Assembly (NCBI GenBank): GCA_963921275.4
Contig: OZ001293.3
Coordinates: 2,688,001 to 2,752,000 of the forward strand
Direction of reading: 5' to 3'
DNA from: an uncultured Hormoscilla sp.
Lineage (GTDB): Bacteria; Cyanobacteriota; Cyanobacteriia; Cyanobacteriales; Desertifilaceae
Length of the DNA: 64,000 nt
This document shows positions 56,412-64,000 of the stretch, piece after piece. A program made the translations under genes and the position numbers. Below the pieces are notes generated by a model. It worked only from the letters and a program-made list of their open reading frames with translations. It was not told the DNA's origin and searched no databases. Every line of letters begins with the position of its first letter. Position 1 is the first letter of the stretch.

Positions 56412-56473
56412 TTATTGCTCTTCGGCTAATTGTTCATTGCCATTAGCAATTCCCCATTCGACATTCCTAACCT

Positions 56474-57070
56474 ATGTCTCTCTGGCCTTATATCACTCCC
56501 GGTATCCCTGACAATCTGTTCGAGAGATTGCCCGGTATTCCCCTGAGTAAGCGGGAATTGCGGTTGCTGCTGCTTTCCGCCCTCCGACTAAAACCAGATT
56601 CGGTGCTGTGGGATATTGGCGCTGGCACTGGCACGATTTCTGTAGAAACTGGTCTGCTTTGTCCTGAAGGTAAGATTATTGCCATAGAACGAGATGAAGA
56701 AGTTGCTGCCCTAATTCGCCGCAACTGCGATCGCTTCGGTGTCCGCAATGTCGAAGTAACCTCAGGCAACGCCCCAGAATGCTTCGCTGATATAGGCCAT
56801 ACTCCCCAGCGAGTCTGCATTGAAGGCGGGCGCCAGATCAAAGCTATCCTGAGAGAAGTCTGGCAATACTTGCCGCGCCAGGGCCGAATAGTCACTACTG
56901 CTAGAAATCTGGAGATCCTTTATGGGGTTTCCGAGAGCTTTTCCCAGTTGCGAGTCCGCAATATTGAGGTAGTTCAGTCTGCTATTAACCGCTTAGAGAC
57001 TCGGGGAACCAATCAAACCTTCGCCGCGGTTAGTCCGATTTTTATCCTCAGTGGCGACAAGCTCGATTAA
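56474..57070 (+). CDS. cbiT: Precorrin-6Y C15-methyltransferase (decarboxylating)
   Basis: PGIPD, SKRELR, LWDIGAGTGTISVE. Confidence 0.92.
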   Translation: MSLWPYITPGIPDNLFERLPGIPLSKRELRLLLLSALRLKPDSVLWDIGAGTGTISVETGLLCPEGKIIAIERDEEVAALIRRNCDRFGVRNVEVTSGNAPECFADIGHTPQRVCIEGGRQIKAILREVWQYLPRQGRIVTTARNLEILYGVSESFSQLRVRNIEVVQSAINRLETRGTNQTFAAVSPIFILSGDKLD

Positions 57071-57300
57071 TTTCTCTTTCCATCCCCTATATTTTGTCTA
57101 TTTTGAGGCTTTCAGGCTCTCGAACTAGGCATTTTACCTTTTTTTTGAAGCTTTCGGGCTCTCAAACCAGGCATTTTACCTCTTTTTTGAAGCTTCGGGG
57201 CTCTCGAACCAGGCCCGAAAGCTTCTAGCGCTACGCGCACTTCGTATCCGCTCTCGTTGCTAGTAGTTATACCTGGTCCAGCAACATTTCAGTACAGAGT

Positions 57301-57429
57301 TAAGTAGGTGTGCATAATTAAACTCAATGGAAGTAAAGTTTTGTTAAGTTGGCTGAAAGCCCCTCCCAGAAAGAGATCATCTTTTTACATTTCTTAACAT
57401 AGGCTGGTTTATTTGTGCCTACCTACTTA
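57301..57429. mobile_element. ~130-bp MITE (inverted copy 59834-59963)
   Basis: TAAGTAGGTGTGCATAATTAAA/TTTATTTGTGCCTACCTACTTA termini; homologous interiors. Confidence 0.85.
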
Positions 57430-57911
57430 CCAGGCGGCGGTTGATAGGTTACTGGTCAATACTTCAAGGTTTTGCATCTTAGAAGTCATTGCGAGGGGGG
57501 GTACTCCGCGATTAACTTATGCTTTATGAGTTAACCCCCCCCGAAGCAATCCCCCCCGCGACCTATGAGATGAAGAGCGCTCCGGCGTCGTCGATTGCTT
57601 CGGGGGGGGATATAAGCGGAGATACTCACAATGTTGGTTTGGACTCCCCCCCTCGCTCCGGACAAGTTATTAACCGAGAAGTATTGGGTTACCGGTAGCG
57701 CAATACCTCAAGGTTTTGCCAGAACTCCTAACAGCCAAGGGGCTGAAATGCTTGAAATACCGTTGTTTTACTTGTCCGGAGGGTGCTTAACCGAAAAGTA
57801 TTGACCGGTAGCGGTGGGAGCGAGAAGTAAGGATTTATGACAAATGACAAATGACTTGAGAAAAATTCGTTAAAGTGTGCAAAAGCCTTTCTTAATCTTC
57901 TTAACCTTCTC

Positions 57912-58829
57912 ATGTCTGGCAACTTCTTCCTCTCTTCTACAACCACTGCGAATAGAGTGCCTTGGTCTCGTATCATCAGTGGCATAGTGGCGATCGCCCT
58001 AGCTTTGTCGATGACATTGCTGGGGGGATGGTACTTTACCATTGGTTTCGGGATTATCATCTATCTGGGTGAACTGGAGTACTTCCAGCTAGTGCGGGCG
58101 ACGGGAATAGCCCCAGCAGGTAAAACCACTTTGGTGGTCAGCCTGATCTTGCTAGCCTTCTGTACCTTGTCTTCCACCTTGGCAGATGCGGTATTGCCAG
58201 TAGCTGGCACGCTGATTTGTTTTTATCTGCTGTTTCAGCCCAAACTGGCGACGATTGCTGATATTGGCTCTTCCATTTTGGGCTTGTTCTATTGCGGCTA
58301 TTTGCCCAGTTACTGGGTGAGACTGCGGGCGCTGGGTACTGAAGGCCACAGTAACTTACCCCTAGGAGGGTTCTGGCCAGAAAACTGGAGTAACTTGAAA
58401 GAACTGCCCCAGGGTCTGACTATTACCCTGCTGACCTTTCTGTGCATCTGGGCAGCAGATATCGGTGCATACAGCTTTGGCAGAGTCTTCGGTCGCACCC
58501 GCCTGTCCCACATCAGCCCCAAAAAGACCGTAGAAGGGGCTGTATTTGGGGTGATGGGTAGCGTGGCGGTAGCTATTTTGGGTGCTTGGTATCTGGACTG
58601 GCCCAGCTTTACATTGACGGGGGCTCTCTTGGGTCTGATGATTGGTATTGCCAGCCTGCTGGGAGATTTAACCGAGTCAATGATGAAGCGAGATGCTGGT
58701 GTCAAGGATTCGGGGCAACTAATTCCCGGTCATGGCGGGATTCTCGATCGGGCGGATAGCTATGTTTTCACGGCCCCTCTAGTGTATTATTTCGTGACCC
58801 TGCTGTTGCCCTTACTGTCCGGTTTGTAG
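57912..58829 (+). CDS. cdsA: Phosphatidate cytidylyltransferase
   Basis: WAADIGAY, ISPKKTVEG, GDLTESMMKRDAGVKDSG.LIPGHGGILDR. Confidence 0.96.
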   Translation: MSGNFFLSSTTTANRVPWSRIISGIVAIALALSMTLLGGWYFTIGFGIIIYLGELEYFQLVRATGIAPAGKTTLVVSLILLAFCTLSSTLADAVLPVAGTLICFYLLFQPKLATIADIGSSILGLFYCGYLPSYWVRLRALGTEGHSNLPLGGFWPENWSNLKELPQGLTITLLTFLCIWAADIGAYSFGRVFGRTRLSHISPKKTVEGAVFGVMGSVAVAILGAWYLDWPSFTLTGALLGLMIGIASLLGDLTESMMKRDAGVKDSGQLIPGHGGILDRADSYVFTAPLVYYFVTLLLPLLSGL

Positions 58830-58867
58830 TCAGCGCTTTAGCCGGTTTGTAGTCAGCGCTTTGGCGC

Positions 58868-59674
58868 TTAGCGAGTTCTTAATCCTTGCTCCTTGAGGAC
58901 GCCATATGCCCAAACAGCATCAGCTTTTGATAATTTGGGTACGGGTTCACAACTGTAATCTATCACTAAATCATAACTACCTTGATCGTATACAGTATGT
59001 AACAATTCTTGGAAAGGAATCATTGGTTAAGGATCTGATTCTGTTGTTAACGGTAAGGGAATGACAGTAATTTTATCTTGAACATTAAAAGCATATAAAT
59101 CAGCTTTTGGGCGAGTGTTACTGCGACTAACTAAAATCCGATAATGGGTCTGAATTTTCTGACTATCCATTGGCATAATTCTGCCTTTGCGCAGCAAATC
59201 AACCTCAATCAAATGGGTTAAGCTGTCCAAAATTTTCTGACGCTTAGTTTCGTAGCTACTACGACCTGGTCCGGCTTTTTTGTTCTTAGGACTCAGAATT
59301 TCAATCACTGTTATCACTGCACCGGTTGCCACATCTCGCACTTCTAAATACCATTCCTTAACTGTTTTCGGTAGAGGCAGGGTAACTTTGACCGGTAAGG
59401 AAGGCGGTGCCGCAACAGCTACATTTGATTCCAGGGAGTGACTAGATGTGGGAGAAGTTTGTACCAAGACATTATCAGGAATACCCACAAGCAGAGAATC
59501 ACCATTTTGGGTGTCATTCGCTGCATAAACTCTTTCTTCAATTTCCATCCGATATTTAGGGCGAATTTGAGGGTTCATGGCATTAGCTATTGCCACGATT
59601 AACCGCTTATGTATTTGAGGCCAAATTTGGGAATTTTCTAAATAGGGATTCATCCCAGGAAATGGAGAAGGCAT
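58868..59674 (-). pseudogene. DUF4058 family protein with a premature TAA at 59027-59029
   Basis: MPSPFPGMNPYLE, IEILSPKNK; frame continues PMIPFQELLHTVYDQGSYDLVIDY to TAA at 58868. Confidence 0.85.
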
Positions 59675-59777
59675 GGGTTGTGTCTCCTACAAGACAGTTT
59701 ATTAGCAGTGAGCAGTACCAGTGCGACTCAGTACCAGTGCGACTCAGTACCAGTACCATGACCTGACCAGTGACAAC

Positions 59778-60012
59778 TATCAACTGACAACTATCAACTG
59801 ACAACTATCAACTGACAACTATCAACTGACAACTAAGCAGGTAGGCACAAATAAACCAGCCTATGTAAAGAAATATAAAATCGCTGAATTCTCTTCTGGG
59901 AGAGGCTTTGAACTAAGTTAACAAAAGTTTACATAGTTAATTTTAATTATGCACACCTACTTATCAACTGACAACTATCAACTGACAACTATCAACTGAC
60001 AACTATCAACTA
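59778..60012. repeat. Heptamer tandem repeats (CAACTGA/CAACTAT), split by the 59834 MITE
   Basis: Alternating 7-mers on both sides of the MITE; STRR-type repeats. Confidence 0.85.
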
Positions 60013-60033
60013 TCATGATAATTATATCCTATT

Positions 60034-60798
60034 TCAAGGCATCACTTTGACTCGACCGTGACAAACTACTAGGCCAGGACTGAGGGTTAATTCTTGGATT
60101 TCTACTTCTTTCCCTAAGTCAAGAGGGAAACTCTCTCGGTTTGGGACTCTTATGTCTGGTGGCATCTGGAGATCTAGGGGATACAGCTGCAATTCATGAT
60201 TGCTAGCCAGTTGCACTCCGCTGCGAATCACCATTGGGGCGACATTGCCATCGGCGTCTAGTAAGCTGCCTGTGACGGTCAAGCCACCAGCTTCTAGGGC
60301 AATCTTGTGCCAGTGCGGGGCGCGGTTTCCGATGACTTCAGAGTTAATTTTGCTGTCCGATGTCAGTAGCTGACAGAGTAAGTCGGTTAAGGCCCGAGAG
60401 AGCAAACTATCTTCTGAGGACAGTCCAGCATTCAGGTCTGCTTCCTCTAGCTGTACCTGACCGACTACGGGCACCGGTGCTCCCAAGCGCAGGGGTTTTC
60501 CCCGCAATATCTGAAGCAGGTTGATGCTAATGCCTTCTGCTACTAGCTGGAGATGACTCAGATGCAATCCTTGATAGACCGCTTTGTCCGCCGATAGGAA
60601 GATTCGGGGGATAAGACCAGCAATCAGCAGGCGATCGCCCGCTTCTATATTTACTTGTAGCTGTGCCACTGACTCTACTTGGGTACGCAACCACCGCTTT
60701 ACTGCCGGCGATAGCACTCTCTTCAGCTTCTGGCTTTGGCGCGAATGCACCTTTTTTCTCTGGTCAAAAGATCCCAAGTTGTCATCACTTCTTGACAT
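60034..60798 (-). CDS. DUF2993 (LmeA-like) protein
   Basis: VLSPAVKRWLRTQVE, AVYQGLHL, INLLQILRGKPLRL. Confidence 0.8.
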   Translation of the reverse strand: MSRSDDNLGSFDQRKKVHSRQSQKLKRVLSPAVKRWLRTQVESVAQLQVNIEAGDRLLIAGLIPRIFLSADKAVYQGLHLSHLQLVAEGISINLLQILRGKPLRLGAPVPVVGQVQLEEADLNAGLSSEDSLLSRALTDLLCQLLTSDSKINSEVIGNRAPHWHKIALEAGGLTVTGSLLDADGNVAPMVIRSGVQLASNHELQLYPLDLQMPPDIRVPNRESFPLDLGKEVEIQELTLSPGLVVCHGRVKVMP

Positions 60799-61192
60799 TA
60801 CTATCCTAGATTATGGTTTTTTTGTCAGGATCTCATGACGAAAATATTCTTAAAAGCCCCAAAAACCAAGAAAATAGTTAAAATTTGTCAAAATAAATTT
60901 GATCTCCTCTTGATCTCCAAGAAAAATTGTTGCAATATGTAAAGAGAGCGATCCCGACGAGCCCAGGCCATTGAATGGCAAGGGAAGCAAAGCCCTGTAT
61001 CCCCCGGGTAGTGCGAGTAGCGCTCCCGGGGGATACAGCAGGAAGTCAAAACGACCGGCAAGAATGCTTGCGTCTGCGCTCCGACCGCCTAGGGCTCGCT
61101 CACACAGCAGAATATAAGCTTGGTGGAAATTGTAGAACTTGGAGTGAGGGAGCGATAGGATCGAGCCGGACAAAATACTGGAGATCAGATCA

Positions 61193-62425
61193 ATGGCAAA
61201 AGAACGCCCACCTTTAGAAGAGATGACCTTACGGCAACTGCGCAAAGTTGCTAGTCAATATGGCATCTCTCGCTACAGCCGGATGCGAAAGGAGCAGCTA
61301 CTAGCTGCGATTAAAGAAATACAACTGCGTAGTAAGTTTTCAACAAATCAATCTCGTTCATTGGAGGCACAAGAAGAAGTGGAAGCAGCAAAATTTGAAC
61401 TGGGTCAAGACGATCGTGTTGGTGGTACTCTGTCTGCTGTAGATGAAGGACTAACGGATTTATCTGCGGGCTATGGTGAAAGCCGCATTGTGCTGATGCC
61501 CCGTGACCCGCAATGGGCATACACATATTGGGATGTGCCCAATGAGCACAAGGAAGAACTGCGGCGTCAAGGGGGACAACAACTGGCTCTGCGCCTGTAC
61601 GATGTCACCGATGTTAACCTGGATTATGAAAGCCCCCACAGCATTCAAGAATATCCTTCTGATGAGTTGGCGCGGGAATGGTATTTGCCCATTCCAGTGA
61701 GCGATCGGGCCTATGTGGTAGATATTGGTTACCGCTGTGCTGATGGTCGCTGGCTAGTGTTGGCTCGTTCTGCGCCCGTACAGATTCCTCCAGTCTATCC
61801 TTCTGACTGGATTGAAGACCATTTCATCACTGTGAACTGGGATGAAGACCTGCGCGGCCAGACCCTGTTTGAACTGGTTCCTCCCAGCAAGAAAGTCGCT
61901 GCCCAAAGCAACCCGATCTATGATGAAATCTTCGGCATGGCAGAAGGGGCAGAAGCTCAGCGGGTTGCTGGTTCTCTGTTCGGTTCCATGCAGCATGTTC
62001 CTGGTTCGATGGTTCCCTCTCAAGCTGTCAGTTCTTATGTCTTCCCCTCGGGCGTGGGTATGTGGGCAGTTCCGACCGCGTCTGGTTTGAATATGTCCGG
62101 TGTGGGCATGTCTGGCGCTGGTTTCTCGGCTTCCGCTATCCCTATGCGCCCCCGCAAGTTCTGGTTAATTGCTGATGCTGAGCTGATTGTTTACGGTGCT
62201 ACTGAGCCTGATGCTACTGTGACGATCGGGGGACAGCCCATCAAGCTCAATCCCGATGGCACGTTCCGCTTCCAGATGTCCTTCCAGGATGGTCTGATTG
62301 ACTACCCAATTATGGCAGTTGCTGCTGATGGCGAGCAAACTCGCTCTATCCACATGAAGTTCAACCGCGAAACTCCTTCTCGCAATACTAACACTAAGGA
62401 AGAAGCGGTTCTGGAATGGGTCTAA
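61193..62425 (+). CDS. DUF4912 protein with Rho-N-like N-terminal domain
   Basis: MTLRQLRKVA..YSRMRK, LMPRDPQWAYTYWD, ADAELIVYGATEPDA. Confidence 0.92.
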   Translation: MAKERPPLEEMTLRQLRKVASQYGISRYSRMRKEQLLAAIKEIQLRSKFSTNQSRSLEAQEEVEAAKFELGQDDRVGGTLSAVDEGLTDLSAGYGESRIVLMPRDPQWAYTYWDVPNEHKEELRRQGGQQLALRLYDVTDVNLDYESPHSIQEYPSDELAREWYLPIPVSDRAYVVDIGYRCADGRWLVLARSAPVQIPPVYPSDWIEDHFITVNWDEDLRGQTLFELVPPSKKVAAQSNPIYDEIFGMAEGAEAQRVAGSLFGSMQHVPGSMVPSQAVSSYVFPSGVGMWAVPTASGLNMSGVGMSGAGFSASAIPMRPRKFWLIADAELIVYGATEPDATVTIGGQPIKLNPDGTFRFQMSFQDGLIDYPIMAVAADGEQTRSIHMKFNRETPSRNTNTKEEAVLEWV

Positions 62426-62556
62426 ATATATCCCAAATCTCATCCCCCCCACCCTCAAGGGTGGGGCTACAGATACAAAGCCCGCCTGCGCGGGCTTTAT
62501 TCTCGTTACCAGGCTCAGCCTGGTAACGTAGGTTTAGAGGCTCCCGCCTCTAGTAT

Positions 62557-63471
62557 GGTCGGGGTCGAGCTGGGAATCACTTCCCAACCCTCCCTTTCGG
62601 AACCTGAAGAGCGACTTTCACCGCACACGGCTACTGGTTGGTAAGCTCTTGTCATCAGCAGGATTACTAGGGGTTACCCCCGTTGTTCCTTGCCCCATGA
62701 GATTTTGCCCCTTTGTGGTTAGCCAACAGACCGTTTTAGTACCTAGCTCCGGAAGGTTCGCGGAGGAGAACCAGCAAACCGCACTAGCCGCTCTTTGCTA
62801 ACATGGTCCCCATTTACTTTTTTACTCGGGGTTCTGAGTTTTTACCCGGCTAGGATTTTAGTCCATCATTCATCCTTTAAGATTGCTCCTTAGTCTATGA
62901 CTTTTTAAGGCTAGTTTCTCCCAAGGCTTCTTACCATATCCGTCCTACGTCTGCATATCCACAGGCATTACCCTGGGCGTTGGCTTCTTAGGACATCCCT
63001 CCCACCCACACTTGCTTGCGCTTTACATCTAACTTGTCCCTGGGGACAGCGACGTGGGGGTTACTTCGTTCCTTGATGCCATTTCGCGAGGCTTTTAGGT
63101 CTCCCCTATATACCGGCAGTTCTTTCGGATACGTCCTTAGCCACATATGAAAGCTAAGGCGCTGCCTGCTTTCCTATTTTAGGCCGGTGTTAGTCAGCCA
63201 TTACACCGGTTAGTATTAACGATACTTACAGGGATTTGCCTGCTCTAACCATGAACCTCTAATAAGCGCGGAGTTGCCAGTTTGGCTACTAGCTATCCTA
63301 CATTTGAGTCCTCGCTTGGCACCACGATGATGTTACTTCGCAGCACTGAGAACCGATGTCAGCCCCGTATCTGGGCGGAGGGAATTTAACCCTCATGGCA
63401 CCAAAGTTACCTGGCAAATAAGACCAGGTCCGATTTTCACCATTACTGGTTTACATCAGAACGAATCGCAC
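62557..63471 (-). mobile_element. ORF-less group II intron (copy 4, degenerate DV)
   Basis: 5' GTGCGATTCGTT; DV GTAGCCGTGTGCGGTGAAAGTCGCTCTTCAGG; ends CGACCCCGACC. Confidence 0.88.
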
Positions 63472-63569
63472 CAATTGACATACCTCATATGATATTTTAT
63501 CAGGCATGTCAATTGATACTGCTTCCTGATTGAAAAAGATGCAAGAGTTCAGATAAAATGTTAGGTGGA

Positions 63570-64000
63570 TGATTTTGGTGGGATACACGAGCGCGTCCAG
63601 ACATAGAAGACATAGGATATATTGGAAATGGTAAAGGTAGAAGAATAATGGTACATAGTAGTCTGGCAGTTATCCCAACACCAGACAACCCAGAAATATT
63701 AGGTTTAGCAGGTCAGGAGGTTTGGATGCGTCCAGCCCCGGTAAAAAAGAAAAAAACCTGTGGTCAACAAAAAAAAGAAAATCTTCGGCCCAGTTGGAGA
63801 TAAATGGGCCCAAATGGTGGAGTCAATAGGTAAAGCTCCATCATCGACAATAGCACCATTATGGGTAAGTGTAGGAGAGAGAAAGTGATGTATTCGATTA
63901 CATTAAACGTTCACAAGCGACTAGGTGGCATTGTTTGACGAGAATTTGTCTTCATCGAGTAATGACAACGGCCTCAGGAACAAAAAGTCACCTTAAAACT
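63570..64000 (+). mobile_element. IS4-family transposase remnant
   Basis: HSSLAVIP..PEILGLAGQEVWMR, KWAQMVESIG, WVSVG..ESDVFDY in broken frames. Confidence 0.7.

Noticed and set aside
63486..63491. CATATG as the true IBS1 of intron copy 4
   Set aside because: It is a perfect EBS1 match but 14 nt from the 5' end with no IBS2 match; the adjacent register fits EBS2

Overview
This is a cyanobacterial chromosome segment: HIP1 GCGATCGC is abundant and psbX, ycf66, cyAbrB and DUF3172/DUF4912 genes are present. Housekeeping genes include galE, ppk2/pap, eda, hemB, purL, purF, ubiC, tRNA-Leu(GAG), accC, sdhB, ftsH, ychF, cbiT and cdsA. A decaying toxin-antitoxin cluster, a probable Zur/Fur-controlled zinc-starvation island and many frameshifted genes are interspersed. 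The region carries a heavy load of mobile DNA: IS5, IS630, IS1182-like, ISKra4 and IS4 remnants, several MITE families with target-site duplications, one RT-encoding group II intron with a damaged ORF, and four diverged ORF-less group II introns. Two signals stand out. (1) A family of exactly 44-nt hairpin micro-elements with variable but self-complementary 14-bp arms and a conserved 16-nt core. They insert mostly at TCGA, add 14 codons in-frame to conserved proteins, and nest inside each other. (2) Each ORF-less intron carries its own EBS1/EBS2 matched to its own flank, and two sit in hairpins whose reconstruction places the 3' end beyond the canonical AY. All calls come from reading the sequence and recognising motifs; no searches were run.
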